Shown here in pieces: positions 35,141 to 47,512 of a DNA stretch of 54,477 nt. The notes under the pieces are model-generated. The model had not been told where the DNA came from and ran no database searches. It was given only the letters and a program-made list of their open reading frames with translations. The translations under genes and the position numbers were made by a program. Within the stretch, counting starts at the first letter, position 1. Each line of letters opens with the position of its first letter. This stretch comes from Macrostomum lignano. Taxonomy: Eukaryota. The stretch covers positions 1-54,477 of the forward strand of contig NIVC01000203.1 in assembly GCA_002269645.1 (NCBI GenBank), written 5' to 3'.

Positions 35141-35402
35141 TAATGGGCAGATGTGCAACCGACAGCTCAGCCGCAGCTATTGCGCGGCGCATCTGAAGGC
35201 TGTTCAGTCCAAGGATTGGGGGGTCGCCACACACCCTCAATTACCCCAGCTAATGCTGGCACCCATTTTACAGCTGGGTGAACTGAAGCAATGCAGAGTT
35301 AAGTGTCTTGCTCAAGGTCACAAATTGTTTTGGTGGGATCGGGAATCGAGCCCCGGACCTTAAAATCATGAGTCTGAGACTCTGACCAGTAGGCTACAAC
35401 CC
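35141..35402 (-). mobile_element. tRNA-derived CORE-like SINE, copy 2
   Basis: Colinear with copy 1 (AGATGTGCAACCGACAGCTCAGCCGCAGCTATTGCGCGGC; GCTGGCACCCATTTTACAGCTGGGTGAA). Confidence 0.85.
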
Positions 35403-36379
35403 CAAGAAATAAATAGTTACAAATGCCATCCCAATGCCAGGGGGCAACGTCCCCTTCTGCCCCCTCCGTCTGCGGTGCCTGATGCAGAGAAACCGAGCGA
35501 CTTCACTTTTAATCCATTCTGTAAGACACTTACAAAGAAAAATCGTCACCCGCATGCTTCGCTGATGTCTCATTGTTCAAATCTGCAGCAGTTGAAGGCT
35601 CGTCGTGTGTTGGAGTGCTTTTTTGGAGTGCAGCAAAATCTTTAATATGAATTTGGCTCGACTATTTTATCCATCAGGAGAATGGACAGTTTCATCAGCC
35701 TCTCATGCTCAGAGCTGTACTTTTTACCGTGAGTGAGTCCAGATTTGTTCCGAAGGCGCCAGCCAACCAACCCCGTCTTTGCTCGAGCCCTAACTGATGG
35801 AAAACGGTCATAGAGTGCGACCAGCGAATTGCGATATTGGATTGGGACATGCTTCCAATGGTTTGGCCATTCAGTGCTTTTGCCAAGAGCATACATACCG
35901 TTTTCCATAGCTTTCGAAACTCGATACCTTAGTGAGTTATTTCGCAGTTGAGGCTTCGAACACTGAAGCAAATCAAACTGTGGAACAGCCAACGACATCG
36001 TCCAACAACCAGCGCTGAGACAATTCTGTCCGTTTCTGTCACTCTTGAGCACACATACAAGGGCGCAGATACACAGGATGTACAGAAACTCTGAATATTT
36101 TGCTCTTGAGGCACGTACTCTCTCTGTGCCTTGGTGTGTTGCCCCTCATGGGAGCCCAAATTTATGTTTCAGAGTACAGAATCGAACTTTGACGCTACTG
36201 TTATATATATTTACCGCTGGGTCATTCAGCTCTAGGACGTATTTCAATTTCTACGAGTATTTCGAACCTTTGAAGAAGCGAATTGTTTAAATAAGTGCTT
36301 TGTTTAAATCTTGAGCAATATAATTATTTACTTGTTACTGGCATTGTACTGTTTGAGAATGAATGATGCCACGCCGCTG

Positions 36380-37933
36380 TCAATCAAAGCCTTCTGTAGC
36401 CATCAGCTCCGACTCGTCTGGCAGTCGAGCCAGGAGGCCGGAAACCGCGCGCAGAGGCCTGGAAGCCAGCCGACTACCGCCGACAATCCACGTGGTGGCG
36501 AGCAGCCGCAGCAGCGATGTGGGCGACAGCCAGAGCCCGGCAACGGCCACGACTGCCAGCATCGCCAGGGCCAGCGCTGAGAGCCGAGGCTCCACAGTCC
36601 AGTCAGCCAGCCGTCCAAGTCTCCAGCAGGCGTTGCCGGCTTTGGCGATGCCCGACAGAACGCGCGGCAGGGCGTCTGGCGACTCTGCTTCCTCTCGGCT
36701 TGACCGCCTACGCGCCTTTAATGTCGCCGCCGGTTGAAAGTGCGCCTCTGCCAGGCGGTAGGCGAGGCTGGTCAGCATTAGCGACGCCAGGGTGGCCGGC
36801 AGGAGACGGAGCTCGAAGTTCCAGGCCACGGCTAGTCGGCATGCGATGACCAGGTGTCCACCCTTGAACTCTCCGTCGCCGAGGCAGAATGCGCCAAACC
36901 TGGCCACGTCGTCGGCCGTCTTGGCGATAATCTGAGCCGCGTAGCGTCGCTGCTGCCTCCGGCTCTGCCGTAATCGGATCAGGGTGCTGGACGCTGGCCG
37001 AAAGGTCCGCAGCGCGGCTCGCACGGGGTTGTACACCAGGTCCAGCTCCAGCTGGATGGCGCCACGCGGCGCGAGCGGCAACCAGCGCCTGGCGCCATTG
37101 AACAAGCGAGTCAGTCGAATCGGTGGAGCGTGCCACTCCTCTGTAGTCGAGGTTGCCCTCAGGGACAGCAGCAGAGGCTCGTGCAGATCGGCCACCGGCA
37201 GCTCGAACGCGACCGTCTCGCCGAAGCCTCCGGTGCTGCCGGCCAGAAGGCCGCTGCAACGACGGACAGACCCCAAGCGAAGGAGCAGGCGAAACGAACT
37301 GAGAAAAGGCGAATTTTTGCCGACGTCCGGCTCTGTCAGGGCGTCCGCGCGCAGAGCCTGTAGATTTTTTAAAACCAGTATAGTTTAAATTCGTTGTTAA
37401 CGAGAACCAAGGACAGGTAAAAGTACGAGCTCATAGAATCGTGCCAATTTTCGCAGCAAAATGCATTAGTGAGATTGAATTTTTTTAACTAGAGTACAAT
37501 AGTAATGAGAAATGGGAAACAACTGGAAACTTTTGAACAAGAGACTGCGGTAAGCATTCCTGAAAGAGTATCAAGACAAATTTGTCAATAAACCTGCTGA
37601 TAAAAGTGAACTTTCTATTTTGCATTTTTTCGAAATTTCGCTATTTTTATAATTCAGCGTCCTCGTATTTTAGTTGTCCATGTTGAAAACGGGTGAGCTA
37701 GAAAATTTTCAGGTCTTAGAGGCTTATCGGATAGGAAAATTGCCACGAGTCCTCACCTTGACCCTCAGCCAGCCGACATCGCTAAGACAGTTGAAGGTCT
37801 TCCACCAGCCGTACCGATCGACAATTTCGTCTCTGCTTCGTCGGCTATAAAAAATGTCGCTCTCCATCGCTGTCTCTGAGTCTTCCGACTCAGCTTCCTG
37901 TTGCTCTACCTGTTGGGCAGGAGACTCCAACAT
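36380..37933 (-). CDS. MCTP: Short MCTP-like protein (single C2 domain + PRT_C transmembrane region), 384 aa; exons 37933-37757 and 37357-36380
   Basis: Exon 1 RDEIVDRYGWWKTFNCLSDVGWLRVK joins in phase 0 (AAG|GTGAGG..CTACAG|GCT) to ALRADALTEPDVGKNSPF, matching MCTP C2C start [29 protein letters not shown]. Further MCTP motifs: GAIQLELDLVYNPVRAALRTFRP, VAWNFELRLLP, ADWTVEPRLSALAL, LLARLPDESEL. Confidence 0.85.
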
Positions 37934-38097
37934 TTGTTTTATCTCAGCGCAGGCCCAGACTGAGGCTGAGACAGATTATTAGGAAATTATTCCGCCTAAT
38001 AGGCGATCGACAGCGGGGTCTCAATATCTGCTCTGCCTTTTCTGCTCCTCTTATCGCGTGGCAGGTTGTTCCTCCCGCTAGGAGGGGTGGGCGGACT

Positions 38098-38456
38098 CAA
38101 GGAGGCCTAAAACCAGAAGCTGGAGTTGACAACTCTTGTCCAAACCTCACTGATTTCAATTAACCGAGTTTTTTTCTGTGTCATTTTTATTTACTAAATT
38201 TATCATAACTTCGGTTTGGTTGAAGCGATTTTCATAGGCTTGGTCGCATTAAAAAGTTAAATAAATTCTCTGTACTGATTAAAATATGAGCTATGTCAGA
38301 GATATAGCCTCGACAGTATAAGAAGCAAAAAACTAAACAAACTGAAACGTGTCGAAAACTTTTTTGGCTCAATGTTTATTTCCGAATTAAAGATGTGAAA
38401 TTTGGTGGAATTTGGGCGAGAGTTGTCAATCCAGCCTCTGGTTTTAGGCCTCCTTG
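38098..38456. mobile_element. MITE-like element with ~48-bp terminal inverted repeats
   Basis: CAAGGAGGCCTAAAACCAGA.GCTGGA.TTGACAACTCT at the left end and its reverse complement at the right end. No TSD recognised, so the superfamily is unassigned. Confidence 0.7.
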
Positions 38457-39191
38457 GTGAACACGGCTAGGGCCATATAGGAATTCTCGTCCCCCCACCG
38501 TTCCTAGCTGAGGGTTGGGGCTTTTTAAATTCCCGACTTATTAAATTTGGGGACAAGCGTATCTAGTTGTGCTGCGCTTTTATTTGCCTTGCATATTTCT
38601 AGTCTGCCTGCCGTTCCCGTATGCATGGATTGCCAACCACTGGCAACCACCCCGCCTTTGTGTCTCTCTGTTAGGACAATTTCTAACAAAAAATGTAAAT
38701 TTTCACCACCTGCCTCTGCAGCATACGAGCGCAGGGCATTTAGTCGTACTCAAATATGAAATTTTATTCCGCTATACATGTAGAGCGAAACTCACAGGTT
38801 TTTTTCAATTTAGTCTCGACATTTTGTAGCCTTGCACCTTTGCAAAGTAAAAACTGGTGTTGATAGCGAAGCGTGATATTTGACTCGATGGAGCACCAAG
38901 TTTTGTGGAGAAATGGGATTATTATTCTTATCAATATTATTACTTTAAAGCTGATGAGTACACTAAAATGAATCTATACATATTCTGCATGCACTACTTA
39001 TTTACAAAAATAAGTAACAAAGCACGAGCATAGTACGCCACGTTATCCCAAATTTCATAATCCATGTTACAGGTGTTATCTAGCTTCACACCGCCATCAA
39101 AAGGGACTTGAACTTCGTGTGCTCACACAGCTTTCAGTCGTGTCAATCGATATCTCATTTACATTTAATGGCGTTGTTGTTATTAATACCC

Positions 39192-39454
39192 TAATGGGCA
39201 GATGTGCAACCAACAGCTCAACCGCAGCTATTGCGCGGCGCATCTGAATGCTGCGTACGGCTGTTCAGTCCAAGGACTCGGGTGTCACCACACACACACC
39301 CTCAGCTGGCACCCATTTTACAGCTGGGTGAACTGAAGCAATGCATAGTTAAGTGTCTTGCTCAAGGACACAAATTGTTCCGAGTGGGATCAGGAATCGA
39401 AACCCCGAACTTCAAGTCGCGAGTCCGTCGCTCTAACCACTCAGCCACAACCCC
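39192..39454 (-). mobile_element. tRNA-derived CORE-like SINE, copy 3
   Basis: Colinear with copies 1, 2 and 4; has a small internal deletion. Confidence 0.85.
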
Positions 39455-39931
39455 CGAGAGTATTGAGGGGGTTTGAGCTTGAAGCCAGACAATTCTGACA
39501 CTTTTAATCCCAAAACAAAAACGCAAGCAGCTACAAACTTGACCTGATACGCACAAGATCACTTCCGGGTAGAACCCGTTCCCATCATGCATCAAGGCCA
39601 AGACAGAAGCCAACGCCGAAGGGAAAGAGTGTTGGTATCTTGGCTTCTGTAACGCAAGGACAGCAACCGCAAACGGAGTGTGAGGCCACCGATGAACGCA
39701 AAACGTTCGCAGAATTTGTGAAACTTTTGAAAATTTTTAAGAAATAAATGTAAATTTTCATGGCACTTGCAGAAAAACTTTATCTGAGGCTTGCCTTTTT
39801 GTTTTGTTAAAATTTCTTTTTGCAGCCATTTATGCAAAGTGCGCACTTGTACCAACTATAGCAAAAAGATACACTTGCGCGCTAATGTCATGCGTGCTGA
39901 TTCAGGCCTGATTTGCAGCTGAACAGCCAAT

Positions 39932-40648
39932 TCAAAGGGCGAGTTTTACATGCCGGCAGGGACCATTTGGCTGACAAGGTCCGACGCAGTCCCTCCAAGG
40001 AAAGGCCTTTTGCACTGCGAGTGGAGAGCTCATCTCGAGAGCTCTTGCTAAAGGATCTAGATGGAGGGGACAGGCTTCTACCATCCTTGCCGGCTGGCTT
40101 GGGGCGCACCGGTGATTAATAGGCTCTCGTTTAGACCCCTTTGTCCCGCTTGAACTCTCAGTCTCGGAATCAGAGGTTTCTACTCGTAGAGGCTTTTTCT
40201 TTTCTAAGGATGCTTGTTTAGGCGTTGGGACGGCTCTTTTGAATGTACCAGACTGTGGCTGTTCCTTATCGCCTTGAAATTTAGATTTTGGACCAGGTGT
40301 TTCATTGGACTGCAAGGACTTTGGCCATGAACCAGCCTCCTCCCGTTTCTTTCGGTCGTCGTCTTTCAATCATCCTGACGACGCGGTCAAAGACTGCCGC
40401 CAGTTCTATATGCCGGCATAGAAGTGCTCAGTGGAGGTGACATGTCTCGGGTAGCTAGATTTCTTGACCGCCGAAGGCTTAAGCCGTTTAGGCAGAGTCG
40501 ATTCGTCATCACTGCCTTTGTAGCGACTTTTTGAACTTAAAAGCAGGCCTGTCTGTCTCTGCGAAGTTGCCGAGTCTCTAGCATAGCTAGACCGCCTTGG
40601 AGACAGATTGTTCCCCAATGAAGATTGAAGAGGTGGCGATGAGGACCT
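39932..40648 (-). pseudogene. Decayed Ser/Lys/Arg-rich reading frame with two in-frame stops
   Basis: Track ORFs 40406-40618 and 39932-40369 are in the same frame, separated by TAG, 11 sense codons and TGA. No ATG (both starts are TTG). Product unknown. Confidence 0.35.
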
Positions 40649-40690
40649 TCAAGTCGTGAGTCTGACGCTCTAACCACTAGGCTACAACCT
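40644..40690 (-). mobile_element. Isolated SINE tRNA-head fragment
   Basis: GACCTTCAAGTCGTGAGTCTGACGCTCTAACCACTAGGCTACAACC matches the heads of SINE copies 1-3. Confidence 0.7.
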
Positions 40691-40817
40691 CCTAGGACAC
40701 GGCAAGGACTACTATAATAGAAACATTCATTTAACTTCCAACCAGAGGAACAGTCTAAACCAGAGAAAAAGGAAACGGAGACATCAAATCCTGCTTGGTA
40801 CTGTGTTAGTACCAAGT

Positions 40818-41241
<424 letters not shown>

Positions 41242-43796
41242 GTGCTAAGCTTGTTATTTGACGTCTAGTCTTCAGCTGTATGAACACGAAGAGAGTACTA
41301 GTAAGGTTAGTGCAGTTGCACTCTCTAAAAGTTTGTAGCCTGTCGTAAAAGCAGCAGAAATCAGGCAGGGTAACAAAAATGCAACAGATGGGAAAAGATT
41401 GACAATTTATTGGCCGGACAATGCATAGCTTGGTTGGGTTTTACCAAGCTATGGGTGTCAAATAGGTTGATACGACCTGCGCCTCTCGTTACAACTGCCA
41501 TGACTTCGGTCCCGAGCTACAGTTTACAAGGTTTTGCGAAGCGTCTGTAGCAATCTATACTGAGGGGGTGAACCTGGCTGGGCTTCATCATGTACTACGA
41601 ACTACTTACACAATGGCCGAATGCATTGATCAATATCTGAAGAAAATTCAGGACTCAAATAAACAAAATTCTTATCGAAGCACAGTCATAGAAATGAAGA
41701 AAAATGTTTGAACTGGTGCAGCTGATGAGCACGTATGCGACTCTGTCGGCCTGTCCTGCTGCAGATTGTCCCAGGATGATCCTTTTCCTACGGAAGATTA
41801 TCCCTTTCTTTCGTCCTGCCGCAGTACCCTCGAAGCCAAGCTGCACTGTCGGGCTGCGTGGGAATCTTCCGGGCCGATAAGACTGCTAGGGGATCTCGTT
41901 CGGGGCTTGTGGGTTTAAGCCGGCCCGTCTGACGCACGCACTTGCATAGTCTGAGACATTCGGCTCTGCAATAATCAGCCAGTGTGTTCGGCCTGATTGA
42001 TTGCGCCTCGCCCGCTGCTGGCTGGGACTCTGTCCGAAGACTTGACCAAATTTGTGCTCGGCAAGTTGCAAGAGGCTGGCGGCCGGATGTTTTGAATCTC
42101 TTGGGGAAGGGGGGTCAGATCTGGGTCTTCAGTTCGAAGACTAAACTGAAATGGGTCTCTGAGGTGGGAGTTCATAACCATTTTGGGATCTCCAAAGTAT
42201 TTAAAGGTCTCCCCACCCACTCAGAGATCCCACACCAGTTTCCAGTCTCCCCCGGCCGATGAGGCTGGAATAAGTAACGACTGTCGGAATAATTACTTAA
42301 ACTACTCGTAGAATACTGCAAAATTTAGGAGATTGACACCTTTACAAAGCGATGTCGAAATGTAACCTTTGTCAGTGTAGGGTGTCAGAGCCGGAGACGG
42401 CAAGCTCTAAAACCGGCTTCCCGTTGAAACATCCGCCATCTTCCGCCAACAGCCGTATCCAATGGGACAAGTCTGATTTCCCTGCACAGACTCTGCCTCA
42501 TCGACTTTCCGGAGCAATTCAACCTGCAGAGTAAGCCTCTTCCTTACAGCCGCGAGTTACAGTCTGTCTGGAGTGCTTAAGGAGAGACAAGTTAATTGCT
42601 AAAGAGAATTTCGCTCTTCTTAGCACTAAAACTTTTATTACCGAAGTGTCAGATATACGTGTTACTGCGCCAATTAAGTTTCGGCCGCACTTAGTCGACA
42701 CATTTACCATCTGCTTTCAAGGCAATGTACTTTTCTGCATAAACAGCCATGTAGATGGCTAGATAGCAACTGCGTACCATTTTTACAAGTTTTTTGCGAG
42801 TTATTTTCAGAGGAATTTACTTTGGGTTTTGTGGTTTTGTGGCTAAAGCCAATCCAGATTAAGTCCTTTAACTAGCAATGAAAAAGTCACCTAGGACTAG
42901 CAAAGACGTCAAGTTGGCTTGGTCAACGTCTTGTGGTGGGGGGCGTACATATTTTTCACCGGTTTTACAATATGATAATATAACAGAAGGAAAGATAACA
43001 ATTTAGACGGCACCTGCGCGGTCATTTCCTGGCACATGTAGGCTGACGGATCCCAGCGGAATTCGGTGGTGTGGACTTGTTAGCCGAGCGAGACATTTCC
43101 GATCAGAAGCCTCACTGAGAGCATACAGGCAGTCTGCACCAGCAGGCCTAAGGACGGGAAGATGCAAAGCTGCTAAAATACGCTTGATAAGCATCTCCTG
43201 CAGCCAGGCAAGTGTTCTACTTTGGTTTGGTTTTGTGCTATTAGGCACTGCTTAGTCGAAGGAAAAGTACACCAGACTGAAGCGTCCTTGTATGGTCTCT
43301 ATTGACAGTTGCAGAGAGTTGCAGAGTTCACAGACGGCTAATTAACTGATTTTGCATCGGACTGCTCAAATTCTGGTATTACTTTCTCGGGGTGGAATAA
43401 GTTGCGCACACATATCTGCTTCTTCCTATGAGATGAAATCGATTTAAACCGCGCTAAATCTCTCTAGTGGAGGAAACTGACACGTTCTGGGATTGTATAG
43501 ACGCGAAAATTTCTTTAAAAGTTGCGCGGTTTTACTCGAAGCAAAAACTGTAAAGTTTGATGGCTCTTACATGTACAGTGTACTCATATGGCTGGGATAA
43601 TGTCCTATTCAATGTTTTTTCAATAGCTCGTACTTATAGCGAGATGAGAGAAATATCTTTTCTTGGATTAAATAATGAAGAGTATTGTCATTGTGCATGT
43701 AGTAGGCCCAACAGTGCGCAGTACTTGGCATTGGGGAAGAATGCAGCTAGACGGAGTAATGCGATAGGGGATATTTGCATTCCATTGCAAATAATA

Positions 43797-44956
43797 TACC
43801 TTTTCAACTTCGGATTCGTCAAAAGTGAGTTCAAATTCGTCAGCGTATGCAAAACTATATAGTGCTCAAGGGGAAGCGAATGATGAGTGTCCATGGTAAG
43901 TTTTTAGAGAAAGTGACTTCGAATTTGTCTAAGTAAGTGAAATTCTTCAGTGCAAATGCAGCCTGATCAGAAAAAGTGTCTGCTTTGTCCATGGTAAGAA
44001 AAGAAGATGTCTATGGTAAATTTAAGTAAGAAAGTGAGTGAATTTCGTCTGTGGAAAAGTAGCCAATTCCTTGAAATCTTCATTTCATGCTTTGATTGTT
44101 GTCAGAGATGCCCTGCATGACAACAAACAGCCAATGTAACGCACAAAGTCCCGTCAAGCCGACGACTGATTGCCTGCGTTGTCAGCAGGAGCAGCAGGAA
44201 AATCTGCAACAAGCGTTTGCTGCATTTCTTTGAGGGTCACAGTCGGCTTCTCTTCCACATACCTCGTCAACGCCCCGAGCATCTCCTCAGAAAACTTTAG
44301 TCTTACTGCACCGCCACGCACGTTAAGATCAATCCTATCCTCATCAACATATCTCCTGATGATGTCACTGGCAGTTGTCCTCTTGATATCCAGTTCAATT
44401 GCGAGTTGTCTCCAGTCTCGTCCTTGTTGAAAACATCGCACGAGTCTAGAGCGATCCACAGACGAAATTCTCATGCAGGGCATCTCTGACAACAATCAAA
44501 GCATGAAATGAAGATTTCAAGAAATTGGGCTGCTTTTCCACAGACGAAATTCTCATGTAGGGCATCTCTGACAACAATCAAAGCATGAAATGAAGATTTC
44601 AAGAAATTGGGCTGCTTTTCCACAGACGAAATTCTCATGTAGGGCATCTCTGACAACAATCAAAGCATGAAATGAAGATTTCAAGAAATTGGGTTACTTT
44701 TCCACAGACGAAATTCACTCACTTTCTTACTTAAAATTACCATAGACATCTTCTTTTCTTACCATGGACAAAGCAAACACTTATTCTGATCAGGCTGTAT
44801 TTGCACTGACGAATTTCACTTACTTAGACGAATTCGAAGTCACTTTCTCTAAAAATTTACCATAGACACTCATTCTCTTCCCCTTGAGCGCTATATAGTT
44901 TTGCATACGCTGACGAATTTGAACTCACTTTTGACGAATCCGAAGTTGAAAAGGTA
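43797..44956 (-). mobile_element. Tc1/IS630-superfamily non-autonomous element, 1160 bp, ~320-bp TIRs, TA TSD, carrying only the transposase HTH region
   Basis: TA|TACCTTTTCAACTTCGGATTCGTC at the left and its reverse complement at the right; the arms match over ~43797-44120 and ~44640-44956. ORF 44477-44154 MRISSVDRSRLVRCFQQGRDWRQLAIELDIKRTTASDIIRRY..RGG..KFSEEM..LTRYVEEKPTVTLKEMQQ is a Tc1-type paired-like HTH. Three tandem 82-bp units at 44457-44702. Confidence 0.88.
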
Positions 44957-45299
44957 TAGTTTAGTACTACTTCTTTGTAGGCGAATCTGAAGTTTTAGTA
45001 CGACTACCCTATTCCCGAAAGTAGCAGTCATGATCTATCTTTATTCCTTAAGTGGTCTTAAAAGTATCTGATAGCTCCACTTAATGATAGGCCGGAGCTA
45101 TTAACAGTAGGAATATTAGGGGGATAGAGGGGATTTCCCTTCAAAATTTTGCTTGTTTGCTGGAGGCTTTGGGCGCTACCGCAACTCAAGGTGACAGTCC
45201 ACCTGCAGTCAGTGAGGAGCCAAGTATCTGATACCTATGACCACTCCACCGGCCTCTTAGAACGTGCACATGGATGCATACGCAGCCCCCTCCACGATT

Positions 45300-45515
45300 G
45301 CAGAGTAGCTTGTCGTCTTCCACAGAGGTCCGTCCTTCGTTGAAGAGCCAGAACCACTTTCGCACTGTGGGTTCTGATGGAGCTAGGAGCCCGAAACCCT
45401 GTTGCAGCTCCCTTGACATTTCTGGGGGCTTTTTGCCTTGCAAAAAATTGGAACTTCATCACGACTCGAAGGTCGTGCTTCGAGAACGATTCTTGCATGG
45501 CCTTTGCCAACAAAG
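45300..45515 (-). mobile_element. Frameshifted mariner transposase N-terminal fragment
   Basis: Two frames join to FSKHDLRVVMKFQFF / QGKKPPEMSRELQQGFGLLAPSEPTVRKWFWLFNEGRTSVEDD, matching the mariner HTH region (..TVxxWFxxFxxGxxSxEDxxR). Confidence 0.75.
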
Positions 45516-47512
45516 TGCTGAAATTAAATTTGCAGCTGTTAAGAACAGAATGCATCTGAGTAGCCTAAACTTCGTGTGTGTTGAGCCTACAACCTGGCTA
45601 ATGTTTTAGTACAATATCATGTGTGTAGATACAATCTCTACAATGGCTGACCGAAAAGAGCTTATTGAATGCACCTCCACTTATTGTAAGCAATCCATTA
45701 TATTGCCGACCATCTACGAGCGTATATGCAGACGTGTGCTGATTGTGCCAATACTTCGCGTCCCTCGGATTCTCGCTCTTTCTGCCCTCAGAGCTCTATG
45801 GTATAAGCTACTCCCATCCGATTCGCAAGGATCTAAAAATCAACCTATTGTCTATGGTCCAGTAAGCTAATAACAGACTGAAGATTCATGTAAAGAAAAT
45901 TAAATGTACCCGATAGGTAAAACGGGTGGGAATACCTTCTGAAGCGTCAGTATACTAAAATGCCAAATATTTTAAGGTAATGAATTCGACCAAAAGATAT
46001 TTATATTTCAATTCAACAGAAGTATGCGTGACTTCCCGTGACTTCTTCTTTTAGTCAGCAGTGCAAATACTCGTATTTTTTCGACCATCAAGCGTAGACA
46101 AGAAGCTACGCTTCGGGTATTTTTTTACAACTTTTTTCACTCTTCTTCCAGCAAGTTTTTTTGCGCCGACCCTAATGAGGACGAAGCAGCAGCCGCTAGG
46201 CCTCTAGTGTCCCCAAGCCGTTACCAAATTGCTAGACGTGGCAGAGGGCATCCTATGGCATAGGCAAGAAACTATATTTCTTGTCAGCCAGCAGCTAGGC
46301 AATGCAGCTGCAAAAGTATACAAGGCAGGTCAGGTAATCCGAGACGGCGCGGCTGCTGTATTTATATTACACCGTGATGAAGTGTTGCGAAGAAAATAGC
46401 TCTACTTGCGGGGGATTAAAGTTGAGTAAGTATGAGGGCGCAGTGCATATCTCGCAAGACATTTCGCAATTAAGCAGTACTTTGTCCAAAATTGCTTTCA
46501 CCAGAGACTGTCCCAGCAGTCCTGTAATAGCTTATCAAGCCGCTTATGTACCCAAGGCTCTACAGCACAGAAAAGCCTCATTCAAGCGGCTCAAAGGTGC
46601 TATTTTAGAAACTTTTTGAAGAGAAAAAACAAACAGAGAGCCTGGAAATCATCTTGACGACAAACAAAGGATGAAAAAGCGTCAAACCTTAATTTTCAGC
46701 CGAGCAATAACAGCTTGTCAAAGCTAGCTCATGGAATGCGCAACAGACGGCCGTCACATAATTATATAATTATGTAATTATACAAACTTCAGAAACAAAA
46801 AAAATTAAAATAGAACAAACGGGTTGTTAGAAACAAAAAAGTGTTTTTAGTCCAAATATTAAGTATAAAGTTTATCGATGTGTGCTTAGGGCAGGTATAT
46901 GTATTCATAGTATTTTACAGAACAAAGACTAACAAATCTTTTTATTGTTACACAAAATACTGTCAACAAGTTTTTACAACGATGCATGACACATCACAAT
47001 GTAGCTTACATTTTAATTATTAATTTTTTTATAATAACACTACTAGAATTAAATAAATAAATCGTCTGTCACAAAACTTGGTACCTTAAAGAAAAACGAT
47101 TAAATCATCCCGTCCGTTGTTCGCAGGGAGTTTTTGCAACAAATCGAGCATCAAGGTTAATAAAAATCATATTGCAGTGGTAATTATTGCATCATTTTCT
47201 TTAAATTCTACCTAAACTACATCGTGCATGAGTTAGACAACAATAGATAAGCAATATTGTGGTAGAAATACGTTTGAATCACTTCGTGGTGTGACCAGGT
47301 GCAAGGCTGTCTGCATCTGCAAATTGCTTCGAAAGTTAAAGCTACAGATACCACAAACACAAACACTGATTCAGAATTGCATCTTGTTCAAAAATTTCTA
47401 TTAATTTCTTATTAAATAAAGTGACAATCACGATACTCAAGCATAAATAATAGAGCTTATTTCCATAAGATTTTAACTCGATACGAAACCCTTAGGTCTT
47501 ATTATATTAGGC

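Noticed and set aside
35085-35485. Possible GC-rich hAT-type MITE interrupted by SINE copy 2
   Set aside because: Only MITE-end-like G/C runs are visible; no matching TIR pair or TSD found.
35642-36052. 136-aa minus-strand ORF
   Set aside because: No recognisable motif or splice context; possibly decayed TE sequence, but I cannot support a call.
40406-40618. MGNNLS N-myristoylation signal
   Set aside because: The first codon is TTG, not ATG, and the frame continues upstream, so there is no initiator Met-Gly.
43003-43248. 81-aa ORF with faint resemblance to a LINE RT C-terminal region
   Set aside because: Similarity is too weak by eye and there are no flanking RT motifs.
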